Shown here one piece after another: positions 17,776-26,344 of a stretch of DNA of 64,000 bases. The notes under the pieces were generated by a model that searched no databases, had not been told where the DNA came from, and saw only the letters and a program-made list of their open reading frames with translations. The stretch's first letter is position 1. Each line of letters starts with the position of its first letter. The translations under genes and the position numbers were made by a program. Origin of the DNA: Dehalococcoidales bacterium (GTDB lineage Bacteria > Chloroflexota > Dehalococcoidia > Dehalococcoidales > RBG-16-60-22); the NCBI GenBank assembly GCA_034414775.1, contig DAOULX010000019.1:13891-77890 (forward strand), written 5' to 3'.

Positions 17776-18420
17776 TCAGGTTACTTTTATTGGGAAAGGT
17801 TGCCCGTGGCCGGGATATACGGTCCTGATTTCCAGCTTCTTCAGCTTCTGGAAGCTGGCCCGGCCGGCCTGAAAGTCATCCATGTTTGTATTGAGGGTCG
17901 GTCTGCCGTTGTTTATAAACAGGTCTCCGGCAAAGAGGTCCCCCTCCCCCGTCAGCACGCCGATAGAGCCCGCCGAGTGCCCGGGAAGGTGGATGACCCT
18001 GGCGTCGAAGCCGAAGGGTGACAGGTCCTCGCCATCCTCGACATAGAGGTCGGGCCGGAAAGTACGGAATATGGCCAGCCTCAGGATGCCCAGCAGCAGA
18101 CGGGTTCTCCATCTCCGCTGTCGCCGGCGGGCGGCCAGCATGTCGCCGGTTTCGACCACCCTAGACTCATCGCGATGGACAGCTATCCTGGCGCGGTACT
18201 TCTTCCGGAAAAAGGCGCAGTTGCCGGTGTGGTCAAAGTCTCCGTGGGTGATAATTATGAGTTTGAGATCGCCCGGCTGGCAGCTGGCCTTTTTAAGCTC
18301 CTTTTCAATGGCACGACGCCGGAAGGAAAATCCCGTATCGATGAGGAAACAGCCGCCTCCGGTTTTAACGAGGTAGCAGTTCACGCCGGCCAGACTGATT
18401 ACCTTGATTTCCACGGGCAC
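17776..18420 (-). CDS. MBL-fold metallo-hydrolase
   Basis: HxHxDH motif (ITHGDFDH) and a later HLPGHS block. 214 aa. Confidence 0.85.
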   Translation of the reverse strand: MPVEIKVISLAGVNCYLVKTGGGCFLIDTGFSFRRRAIEKELKKASCQPGDLKLIIITHGDFDHTGNCAFFRKKYRARIAVHRDESRVVETGDMLAARRRQRRWRTRLLLGILRLAIFRTFRPDLYVEDGEDLSPFGFDARVIHLPGHSAGSIGVLTGEGDLFAGDLFINNGRPTLNTNMDDFQAGRASFQKLKKLEIRTVYPGHGQPFPIKVT

Positions 18421-18563
18421 ATGAACCTCTTCGGCCGGCGTTCGACAGACTCGCCGACATTCGTCACAATTGTAACACCCCGGAAAGCAGGCATCAAACC
18501 GGCCTGTCGATAAACCTTTGTAGCTTCTTGCCCCGTCTTTCGTGTATAATACGGTTAGAACCT

Positions 18564-19547
18564 ATGACCGGACTATCAGATTCTTTCCAGCGTCCCATAA
18601 ATTACTTTCGCATCTCGGTGACGGACCGCTGTAATCTGCGGTGCGTCTACTGCATGCCCGAAGGTGGCGTCACCCTGATGTCGCACCGTGATATCCTCAG
18701 CTACGAGGAAATCTTGACCGTCGTCAAGGCGGCCGCCGAGCTGGGTGTCGATAAGGTCAGGCTGACCGGCGGCGAACCATTAGTGAGGGCCGGGCTGGCT
18801 GATCTCGTGGGTATGCTGGCGGATATCGAAGCGATTACTGATATCTCGCTGACGACCAATGGCATCCTGCTGGCCGAGCATGCCGCCGAGCTTAAAAACG
18901 CCGGTTTGATGAGGGTCAACGTTAGTCTGGACACCCTCCAGCCGGAGAGATTCCAGCGCATCACACGCTGGGGCCACCTTGAGGATACGTTGAAAGGCAT
19001 CGAGGTGGCCCGGGAAATAGGGCTTAACCCTGTCAAGGTCAACATGGTGGTCATGGCCGGCCTGAATGAAGATGAGGTGCCGGATTTCGCCCTCAGGACC
19101 GTCAGAGACGGCTGGCACGTACGTTTCATCGAACTGATGCCGACCAGCGGCGGCGATTCGGTTGGTTCGAAGCTGGTGTCCGCCGATGAAATCAAAAAAC
19201 GCCTCGAGCCACTGGGCCCGCTGGAACCGTGGCGTACCGATGTCGGTAACGGCCCGGCGAAGTATTTTCGCCTCCCCGGCGCATCCGGGACCATCGGTTT
19301 TATCACGCCGGTCAGCGAGCACTTCTGCTACCAGTGCAACCGCCTCCGCCTTACCGCCGACGGCAAGCTCCGCCCCTGCCTCCTCAATGAAAGTGAGATC
19401 GACCTCCGGACGGCTTTGCGCGGCGGATCTTCGGCCGAGGAGCTGAAAAGCCTCATCGAAAAGGCTATCGCTGGCAAACCACAGGGCCACCAGCTCATAA
19501 ATGGGTCCAAACATCAGGGGCGGCCTTTCTCCCAGGTGGGGGGATGA
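18564..19547 (+). CDS. moaA: GTP 3',8-cyclase (molybdenum cofactor biosynthesis A)
   Basis: Radical-SAM CNLRCVYC, a C-terminal second cluster motif (CYQCNRLRLTADGKLRPC), and a terminal GG. Start set at ATG 18564. Confidence 0.9.
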   Translation: MTGLSDSFQRPINYFRISVTDRCNLRCVYCMPEGGVTLMSHRDILSYEEILTVVKAAAELGVDKVRLTGGEPLVRAGLADLVGMLADIEAITDISLTTNGILLAEHAAELKNAGLMRVNVSLDTLQPERFQRITRWGHLEDTLKGIEVAREIGLNPVKVNMVVMAGLNEDEVPDFALRTVRDGWHVRFIELMPTSGGDSVGSKLVSADEIKKRLEPLGPLEPWRTDVGNGPAKYFRLPGASGTIGFITPVSEHFCYQCNRLRLTADGKLRPCLLNESEIDLRTALRGGSSAEELKSLIEKAIAGKPQGHQLINGSKHQGRPFSQVGG

Positions 19548-19584
19548 TACCTGTCTTTCGGTGGGGAGGGGGATTGAACGATAG

Positions 19585-20067
19585 ATGACGGACAAGAAAC
19601 TGACCCACCTTGACGAGGACGGACGGCCCCGCATGGTGGATGTTACCGGCAAGGCGGATACGGCGCGGGTTGCTATCGCCAAGGGCCTTGTCAGGATGCA
19701 GCCCGCTACCTTTAAATTGATCACTCAGGGCGGTATCGCCAAAGGCGATGTTCTATCAGTGGCCCAGGTGGCGGGCATCATGGCCGCTAAAAAGACGCCC
19801 GACCTCATTCCGCTGTGCCATCCTCTTCTCATCGGCAGTGTCGCTATTGACTTCGGTCTCGACGAGGCGGCCAGTACCATAGAGATTACCACCACCGTTG
19901 AGAGCACTGGCAAGACCGGCGTCGAGATGGAGGCACTGACGGCCGTCGCCGTAACCGCCCTGACCATCTACGATATGTGCAAGGCCGTCGACCGGGGCAT
20001 AAAGGTAGAGAACATTCGCCTCGTCAGGAAGAGCGGCGGCAAAAGCGGCACCATAAATCTTGAATAG
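19585..20067 (+). CDS. moaC: Cyclic pyranopterin monophosphate synthase
   Basis: 160 aa. LTHLD..MVDV..K and IPLCHPL blocks. Confidence 0.9.
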   Translation: MTDKKLTHLDEDGRPRMVDVTGKADTARVAIAKGLVRMQPATFKLITQGGIAKGDVLSVAQVAGIMAAKKTPDLIPLCHPLLIGSVAIDFGLDEAASTIEITTTVESTGKTGVEMEALTAVAVTALTIYDMCKAVDRGIKVENIRLVRKSGGKSGTINLE

Positions 20068-20068
20068 T

Positions 20069-20077
20069 TGTGGATAA
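20069..20077 (-). promoter_or_regulatory. Perfect DnaA box (TTATCCACA)
   Basis: The plus strand reads TGTGGATAA, 41 nt upstream of the dnaN start. It is adjacent to the 10-bp palindrome TAGTATACTA. Confidence 0.4.
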
Positions 20078-20117
20078 TGTAGTATACTAGTCCACCACTG
20101 TCATTCGGGGGTGTGCC

Positions 20118-21251
20118 ATGAAACTATCATGCCTTCAAGAAAACCTGAACCGGGGACTTAATATCGTGGGGCGGGCGGTAGCTACCAGGACAACTCTGCC
20201 CATCACGAATAACGTCCTTCTGGCGACGGACGACGGCCGCTTGAAACTGGTGGCAACCAATCTCGAAATGGCCATTAGCTGCTGGATTGGCGCCAAGATA
20301 GAGGACGAAGGGGCCATCACCGTACCGGCCCGCCTCCTCACCGAGTTCGTCAGTTCCTTGCCGAACGATAACATTGATATCAATCTTTCTCCCCAGACGA
20401 AAACCCTAGGCCTCAAGTGCGCCCGCTTCGAGGCGCGCATCAGCGGAGTAGACGCGCGAGAATTCCCGCCCATTCCGAGCGTGGAAGAAGGCATCAATAC
20501 CAGCGTAGAGGTAGAGACGTTGACCCGGGGTATCAACCAGGTGGTCTTCGCGGCGGCCACCGAGGAATCGAGGCCAGTACTCACCGGTGTCTCGACAAAG
20601 TTCGAAGGTGACAAGGTGACACTGGCGGCGGCCGATGGCTTCCGTCTGGCGGTCTTTGACCTGCCCCTGGCCGAGCCGGTCGAATCGACGACGGAGGTTA
20701 TCATACCGGCCCGGACTCTCTCCGAGCTGAATCGTCTCGTGGCTGACCAGGAAGAACCGGTCCTCATTACTCTCAATCCCAATAAGAGCCAGGCGCTTTT
20801 CCGTTTGAAGAACATCGAGCTTGTATCACAGCTGGTACAGGGGTCTTTCCCCAACTACTCGCAGCTCATCCCGCAGAGCTATAATACCCGGGTGATTGTG
20901 AGTGTCGATGATTTTCTACGGGCCACCCGAACGGCGTCGATATTCGCCCGTGACGGTAGCGGCATCGTGCGGCTGGTGATTAGTCCCGGCAGTGAGGCCG
21001 GCCCCGGAAAAATCTCAGTGTCCGCCCGCTCCGAGGAGATTGGCGAAGACACCGGCGAGATCGATGCAACAGTCGAAGGCGACGAAGCCAAGATTGCCTT
21101 TAACGGCAAATACCTCAATGATGTCCTCAGCGTCCTGCGCGAGTCACAGGTGGCGCTGGAGACCACCAATCCATCCAGCCCCGGCCTGATCCGCCCCGTC
21201 GGCACCGACAATTACACCCATGTCGTCATGCCGATGTTTGTCCAGTGGTGA
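20118..21251 (+). CDS. dnaN: DNA polymerase III beta sliding clamp
   Basis: 377 aa with the three-domain clamp pattern (LPITNNVLL, ATDGFRLA-like AADGFRLAV, C-terminal MPMFVQW). Confidence 0.92.
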   Translation: MKLSCLQENLNRGLNIVGRAVATRTTLPITNNVLLATDDGRLKLVATNLEMAISCWIGAKIEDEGAITVPARLLTEFVSSLPNDNIDINLSPQTKTLGLKCARFEARISGVDAREFPPIPSVEEGINTSVEVETLTRGINQVVFAAATEESRPVLTGVSTKFEGDKVTLAAADGFRLAVFDLPLAEPVESTTEVIIPARTLSELNRLVADQEEPVLITLNPNKSQALFRLKNIELVSQLVQGSFPNYSQLIPQSYNTRVIVSVDDFLRATRTASIFARDGSGIVRLVISPGSEAGPGKISVSARSEEIGEDTGEIDATVEGDEAKIAFNGKYLNDVLSVLRESQVALETTNPSSPGLIRPVGTDNYTHVVMPMFVQW

Positions 21252-21255
21252 GTAG
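21228..21255 (+). repeat. Direct repeat copy 1 (last 7 codons plus stop of dnaN)
   Basis: ATGCCGATGTTTGTCCAGTGGTGAGTAG is identical to 22899-22926. Confidence 0.95.
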
Positions 21256-21413
21256 TATATTTAGTTTATGCACACTTTAAACGGCAATCCTACGCACGTT
21301 GGTATAGTCATGCTAGAGAATACGTGGGATGTCCCGCTTTTTTATGGGTTATTGGCGCTGATTCTGAGGTGAAAGGGTAGGCTGTAATCAGTCTGGGTCA
21401 GTCGTAATGTGCC

Positions 21414-22664
21414 CTATCTAGCAATATGCACCTTGCGCCTGACGAGGAATATACCTCCCGCCATAACAATTATGGTGAGGGCAATCCAGGGCACTATTAT
21501 AGCGACTTTGTTAACCGGATAAACATCTCCCCCTACAACCACGGGTTCAGATGGAGGTGGCGTACCCAGTAAGAGGTAGGTCTGACCGGTATAATTATCG
21601 CCATCGACTTCATTCTCATCTCCATAAGCACCGATGAGGAAGTCGTCGCCGCCGTCACCGTTGACATCCCCGGCCGTGCTAACTGACCAGCCAGAATAAT
21701 CATTACCATCCTCACCTAAGAATGAAGCATCGGCATCCGATAGGCTGGTGTCCATCACCCAGCCATCAGCCTTCCCCAGGATGAGATAGGTTTGACCGGC
21801 ACCACTACCACCATCTTCATCCGCATAAGCACCGATGAGGAAGTCATCGTAGCCATCAGCGTCGACATCGCCGGCCGCGGCGACTGAACGACCAGAACGA
21901 TCGCTGGCATCTTCACCTAGGAATGAGGCGTCGGCAGTCGACAGGTCGTATTCCATGCCCCAGTCGGCGGCCTGCCGCCCCAGGATGAGATAGGTCTGAC
22001 CGGCTGTACTACCACCGTCTTCATCCCCAAAAGCACCGATAAGGAAGTCATCGCAGCCGTCACTATTAACATCCCCGGCCGTGGCTACCGAATAACTGGA
22101 ATAGTCGTAGCTATCCTCACCCAAGAACGAGGCGTCGGCAGTCGACAGAGGGGTATCCAACCCCCAGCCATCAGCCTTCCCCAGGATGAGATAGGTTTTA
22201 CCGGCATAACTACCGATGCCTTCTTCATACCCATAAGCACCGATGAGGAAGTCATCGTAGTCATCACCATTGACATTCCCGGCCGCGGCTACCGAATAAC
22301 CAGAATAGTCGTAGCTATATTCACCCAAGAATGAGGCGTCGGCAGTAGACAGGTCGTATTCTATGCCCCAGTCGGTGGCCTGCCGCCCCAGAATGAGATA
22401 GGTCTGACCGGCATATGTATAGCTTTCATCATTACCATGAGCACCGATGAGGAAGTCGTCCCGGCCGTCACCGTTGACGTCCCCGGCTGTTGATACCGAG
22501 TAACCAGCATTGTCGTTGCCATCCTCGCCCCAGAACGAGGCGTCGGCAGTTGACAGGCTGGTATCCGGGTCAAAGGCGTAGACAGTGCCCGCCAGGGCAA
22601 AAACGGATACTAGTATCAGAGATAATACGAGTAGAAGAGGGGAAAGCCATCTTAATGTCTTCAT
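21414..22664 (-). CDS. FG-GAP (integrin-alpha-like) repeat protein with signal peptide and C-terminal TM anchor
   Basis: Signal peptide ending VYA. Five ~68-aa repeats (LSTADASFLGE..YSV..AGDVNGDG.DDFLIGA...AGQTYLILG). C-terminal hydrophobic helix followed by RRKVHIAR. Confidence 0.85.
   Translation of the reverse strand: MKTLRWLSPLLLVLSLILVSVFALAGTVYAFDPDTSLSTADASFWGEDGNDNAGYSVSTAGDVNGDGRDDFLIGAHGNDESYTYAGQTYLILGRQATDWGIEYDLSTADASFLGEYSYDYSGYSVAAAGNVNGDDYDDFLIGAYGYEEGIGSYAGKTYLILGKADGWGLDTPLSTADASFLGEDSYDYSSYSVATAGDVNSDGCDDFLIGAFGDEDGGSTAGQTYLILGRQAADWGMEYDLSTADASFLGEDASDRSGRSVAAAGDVDADGYDDFLIGAYADEDGGSGAGQTYLILGKADGWVMDTSLSDADASFLGEDGNDYSGWSVSTAGDVNGDGGDDFLIGAYGDENEVDGDNYTGQTYLLLGTPPPSEPVVVGGDVYPVNKVAIIVPWIALTIIVMAGGIFLVRRKVHIAR
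21561..22574 (-). repeat. Five tandem coding repeats (~200 nt each) inside the FG-GAP gene
   Basis: Repeat units alternate between two subtypes, one ending GRQA.DWG.EY and the other ending GKADGW..DT. Confidence 0.8.
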
Positions 22665-22898
22665 GTCCTTTCTCCTTCGTGATTAAAAATAAAACAATAA
22701 CCTATTATATTTATACTTTTAAACGGTAATATTTTGGATGCCGTGCATCAACCACCCAATGGACTATTTCGATATTATGATTACGCTTATCAGCATGTTC
22801 AATAGGAGGATACTATTAGCTAATAGAAAGTATCTAGGCGATTGAATCCGGGAGAACTGACCTTTCCCATGCTGAAACATACGCATGGAAAGGCAAAT

Positions 22899-22926
22899 AT
22901 GCCGATGTTTGTCCAGTGGTGAGTAG
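22899..22926 (+). repeat. Direct repeat copy 2 (orphan copy of the dnaN 3' end)
   Basis: Identical 28-mer to 21228-21255. Preceded by the hairpin CCTTTCCCATGC..GCATGGAAAGG (22861-22894). Confidence 0.95.
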
Positions 22927-23276
22927 CTTATAACGCCTGTAGGCTTTTGGGCACCGTTTCAATTCCGGCCGCCGGGGTATCCCCAACATGTCCCGTCTAA
23001 ATTGTAACCTAAGTTACATGCGGGGTATCTCCCTGGCCGATGATGCTGGCGTCATAATACTCCATACGGAAGATGTCCGTCTGCACCTCATAGCTTATCT
23101 CGTCCCACCCCGGCACCGAGGACGCTACCCGGCGGGGTGGGCAGCCCGTAAAGTTTCGCTGAAAAACCGAAATTAACCTGGCGGCTGACCTTTCGGCTAT
23201 TCCGGTCGGAAGCCGGAACTGGTATAATTTACTGGAGAGATATCAAGCGTTCAGAACGTGTTCGGAAGGAGACCAG

Positions 23277-23837
23277 ATGGAAATCTCGGCAGTGCGTAAA
23301 AGCACCAAGCTAATCATCGATGGGGTACTTTACAACACCGAAGAAGTCGAGTTCATGAAACCCGGCAAGGGGCGCTCGGTCTACCGCCTCAAGCTGAAGA
23401 ACCTGCGCGATGGCAACACCATCGAGCGTACCTATCGCTCCGGCGAGAAGGTCGAAGACGCCCAGCTGAACACTCAGGACGCGCAATACCTCTACCGCGA
23501 GGGCGACCACTTCGTCTTCATGAACTCCGAGACGTTCGAACAGCTTTTGATATCCGAGGATATGATAGGAGAAAAAGTCGGCTATCTCAAAGAAGGAACG
23601 ATGGTCGTGCTGCTGATGATGGGCGACGAGCCGATTGACGTTACCCTACCGACCACCGTCGAACTCGAAGTGGTGGAGACGGAAATCTCGACCAAGACGG
23701 CCACCATTACAGCCCAGTCCAAGTCCTCGGTCATGGAGACCGGCATCAAGGTGGATACCCCCTCTTTCATCAAGGAAGGCGATATCATCAAAGTAGATAC
23801 CCGCGCCGGCACCTACGTGGAGCGGGTATCCAGATAG
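23277..23837 (+). CDS. efp: Elongation factor P
   Basis: 186 aa. Contains the KPGKG loop with the modifiable Lys (EFMKPGKGRS). Confidence 0.93.
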   Translation: MEISAVRKSTKLIIDGVLYNTEEVEFMKPGKGRSVYRLKLKNLRDGNTIERTYRSGEKVEDAQLNTQDAQYLYREGDHFVFMNSETFEQLLISEDMIGEKVGYLKEGTMVVLLMMGDEPIDVTLPTTVELEVVETEISTKTATITAQSKSSVMETGIKVDTPSFIKEGDIIKVDTRAGTYVERVSR

Positions 23838-23840
23838 AAG

Positions 23841-24770
23841 ATGGCCGAAGACGAGCGCCGGTCTCTCGCCCGCCTCGGGCCGAACCTGAGGCGGCGGGCC
23901 CTGATTATCGAGTCCATCCGAGCATTTCTCCGTGAGAAGGACTACCTTGAGATAGAAACCCCCGTCCGCGTCCCCGCCATCGCTCCCGAGCCCAATATCG
24001 AGCCTTTCCGGAGCGAGGGCTGGTTCCTGGCGACATCCCCCGAGCTCCACATGAAACGGCTGCTGGCCGCGGGTTATCCGAGGCTCTTTCAGTTCAGCCG
24101 TTGTTTCCGCCGTGGCGAACGCGGCCGCTGGCACAATCCGGAGTTCACGATGCTGGAGTGGTACCGCACCGGCGCCGACTACAATGACATTATCAATGAA
24201 ATGGTGGATCTTGTTCACGCTGTGGCAAATACGCTAGGGCTGGGTGAGAGTCTGACATACCAGGGGACACGAATCGATATTACAAGGCCTTGGCCGGCGA
24301 CGACCGTCAGGGAAGCTTTCATTGATTCGGCAGGCTGGGACCCCGTCGCCAACCCGGACCCGGCCCGTTTCGATAGGGACTTTATAGACCGTGTACTACC
24401 CGCCCTGGCGCCGGACCGCCCTACCGTTTTGATGGGCTACCCGGCCGGTATGGCCTCGCTGGCGCGCTTGAAGCCAGATAATCCCACTGTTGCGGAACGG
24501 GCTGAGGTGTTTATCGGGGGGTTGGAGTTGGCCAACGCTTACAGCGAACTCACCGATCCCCGTGAGCAGGCGGAGCGCTTCGATGAAGCAACCAATGAGA
24601 TAAGCCGGGAAGGCCGGTCGCCGGGGCCTTCGCCCGACCGGTTCCTGGAGTCAGTTGAATATCTGCTCGAGTGCGGCGGGGTCGCCCTCGGCATCGACCG
24701 GCTGGTCATGCTTTTCTGCGATGCCGCCTCCATCGACGAGGTGATGGCGTTTACTGAGGATACTGTGTAA
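23841..24770 (+). CDS. epmA: EF-P lysine aminoacylase (class II LysRS paralog, EpmA/GenX/PoxA)
   Basis: 309 aa with class II aaRS core motifs (YLEIETP, FRRGERGRWHNPEFTMLEWY, GVALGIDRLVM). Starts 4 nt after efp. Confidence 0.85.
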   Translation: MAEDERRSLARLGPNLRRRALIIESIRAFLREKDYLEIETPVRVPAIAPEPNIEPFRSEGWFLATSPELHMKRLLAAGYPRLFQFSRCFRRGERGRWHNPEFTMLEWYRTGADYNDIINEMVDLVHAVANTLGLGESLTYQGTRIDITRPWPATTVREAFIDSAGWDPVANPDPARFDRDFIDRVLPALAPDRPTVLMGYPAGMASLARLKPDNPTVAERAEVFIGGLELANAYSELTDPREQAERFDEATNEISREGRSPGPSPDRFLESVEYLLECGGVALGIDRLVMLFCDAASIDEVMAFTEDTV

Positions 24771-24787
24771 GGCAGTTGTACGCGCTT

Positions 24788-26308
24788 TCAGTCCTCGCGG
24801 TAGTATTCCATGCCAAGGTGCGTTATTTGTTCGACACCCATTAACCATCTCAGCGTATTCTTGAGTTTCGCCTGCTGTATAAAGAGATCGTGCTCCGGAT
24901 AGACGGTTGGGGCGTGCTGGGGGCTCTTGAAATAGAAAGACAGCCACTCCTGTATGCCGCCAAGCCCAGCTCGCGCGGCAAGGTCCATGAAGAGGGCGAG
25001 GTCGAGCACCAGTGGGGCGGCCAGGCTGGAATCCGAGCACAGGAAGTTGATCTTTATCTGCATACGCCGGCCAAGCCAGCCGAAGATATCGATGTTGTCC
25101 CAACCTTCTTTATTGTCCGCCCGGGGCGGATAGTAGTTGATGCAGACCTTGTGATAGGCGCTGTGGTAGAGGTCGGGGTAAAGTTTAGGTTGTAAGATAT
25201 ACTCCAGGACACCCAGCTTTGATTCCTCTTTCGTCTTGAAGTTCTCCGGCTCGTCTAGGATCTCGCCGTCACGGTTGCCCAGTATATTGGTCGAGAACCA
25301 GCCGTCCACGCCGAGCATCCTGGCCTTCAGCATTGGGGCGATGACTGTCTTTACCAGCGTCTGGCCGGTCTTGAAGTCCTTACCGCAGATGGGGACCCTG
25401 GCGTCGTTTGCCAGCTTCACTAGGGCCGGGATATCGACGGTCAGGTTCGGTGCGCCGTTGGCGAAGGGGACGCCTTCCTGAAGGGCTGCGAAAGCGTACA
25501 TCATCGAAGGCGAAATGTTTGCATCATTATCCACGAGGCCACGCTCGAAACCGGCCAGATCCTGATGAACCTCTGAGGTTGTAATGAATTTTTCGGTAGA
25601 AGCGCACCAGACCATTACTAGTCGGTCGCAGCTGTTTTCGGCCTTGAAGCGGCGTATGTCCTCGCGGATGGCATTGACCAGTTCGAAATTGGTCCCGGCA
25701 CTCTTTACATTGGTGCCTTCGATACGCTTGCAGTACCGGCGATCGAATACTGCCGACATAGGCCTGATGCTTTTCAGGAAATCCGCCACGGGCTCGATGG
25801 CTTCGGAACGATGCAGCACCCCGCACTTCACAGCGGCTTCGTAGGCATTGTCCGGGATGGGGTCCCAGGCGCCGAATACCAGTTGGTCGAGGCCGGCAAG
25901 CGGCACGAAATCACGTATCAAGGGCATCCGTTTTTCTGTGCGTTTGCCGAGGCGTATCGTGGCCATTTGTGTTACTGATCCGAACGGTTTGCCCATGCCC
26001 CGCCGTACATGCTCGACGCCGGCAATGAATGTGGAACTGACCGCCCCCAGGCCTACAAGCAGAACGCCGAGCCGGCCGGTTGCCGGCCTGATGACTGGGG
26101 CTTCACCTTTGATGAGGTCCTTCGGCTCGAGGGCGATGCCTTTTTCCCGGGCGATCTTCAACAACGGCCCGTGCCATTGCGATGGGATACGGCCGGTTTT
26201 AACCCAGTGCTGGACGGTGCTCTGGCGGCGGCCTAGGAGATTCGCTAGGGCCGATTGTCCGCCAAAGCGGCTGATGATTTGCTCCGCAGAGTTTTTTTGT
26301 TCTTTCAT
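24788..26308 (-). CDS. ino1: Inositol-3-phosphate synthase with an N-terminal Cro/YdaS-like HTH domain
   Basis: MIPS blocks (LLVGLGAVSSTF, FANGAPNLT, STNILGNRDG). The N-terminal ~70 aa read GGQSALANLLGRRQSTVQHWVKTGRIPSQW, an HTH pattern. Start set at ATG 26308, which sits directly behind a promoter. Confidence 0.85.
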   Translation of the reverse strand: MKEQKNSAEQIISRFGGQSALANLLGRRQSTVQHWVKTGRIPSQWHGPLLKIAREKGIALEPKDLIKGEAPVIRPATGRLGVLLVGLGAVSSTFIAGVEHVRRGMGKPFGSVTQMATIRLGKRTEKRMPLIRDFVPLAGLDQLVFGAWDPIPDNAYEAAVKCGVLHRSEAIEPVADFLKSIRPMSAVFDRRYCKRIEGTNVKSAGTNFELVNAIREDIRRFKAENSCDRLVMVWCASTEKFITTSEVHQDLAGFERGLVDNDANISPSMMYAFAALQEGVPFANGAPNLTVDIPALVKLANDARVPICGKDFKTGQTLVKTVIAPMLKARMLGVDGWFSTNILGNRDGEILDEPENFKTKEESKLGVLEYILQPKLYPDLYHSAYHKVCINYYPPRADNKEGWDNIDIFGWLGRRMQIKINFLCSDSSLAAPLVLDLALFMDLAARAGLGGIQEWLSFYFKSPQHAPTVYPEHDLFIQQAKLKNTLRWLMGVEQITHLGMEYYRED

Positions 26309-26315
26309 GACGGCT

Positions 26316-26344
26316 AGTATAACGAAATAATCGTTAATTGTCAA
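26316..26344 (-). promoter_or_regulatory. Sigma70-like promoter placing the TSS at or next to the ino1 ATG (leaderless candidate)
   Basis: On the minus strand: TTGACA, 17-nt spacer, TATACT, then 7 nt to the ATG. There is no SD sequence. Confidence 0.5.

Larger units (their letters stand above)
21256..22926. mobile_element. Insertion (islet) bounded by the 28-bp duplication of the dnaN 3' end; no recombinase gene
   Basis: An exact 28-bp direct repeat lies at both ends. The flanks around a single cargo gene (FG-GAP protein) are AT-rich. An imperfect inner repeat ACTTTAAACGGCAAT (21274) / ACTTTTAAACGGTAAT (22715) is also present. Confidence 0.45.

Noticed and set aside
17776-18420. The MBL-fold hydrolase as an obligate partner of the TIR protein (a two-gene system).
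   Set aside because: The MBL gene has host-like GC content, whereas the TIR gene is AT-rich and has its own promoter, with a palindrome between the two genes. Co-acquisition is therefore not supported. I keep it only as a remote possibility, for example as a signal-degrading enzyme.
18780-19724. Long antisense ORFs inside confident genes. Examples: 18780..19724, 27335..28192, 28729..29649, 33379..34329, 45589..46350, 47443..48180, 49478..50515 and 58771..59958.
   Set aside because: They are typical shadow ORFs of GC-rich coding sequence. Their translations are low-complexity (Arg/Gly/Pro/Ala/Asp-rich) and lack motifs, and each lies fully within a well-supported gene on the opposite strand.
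20041-20117. Chromosomal origin (oriC) upstream of dnaN.
   Set aside because: There is only one perfect DnaA box in a 50-nt intergenic spacer, no box cluster and no AT-rich DUE, and dnaA is absent from the window.
21561-22574. Regularly spaced ~200-nt repeats considered as a possible CRISPR-like array.
   Set aside because: The repeats are long, translated and in frame (FG-GAP protein repeats). There are no short conserved repeats with unique spacers, and no cas genes occur in the window.
23012-23245. 78-codon open frame on the minus strand (..AERSAARLISVFQRNFTGCPP..WDEISYEVQTDIFRMEYYDASIIGQGDTPHVT), and the 62-aa plus-strand track ORF 22988..23176.
   Set aside because: The minus frame has no usable start codon or SD, and I cannot assign it to a family; it may be another gene remnant. 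The plus ORF has no signals. I found too little evidence to annotate either.
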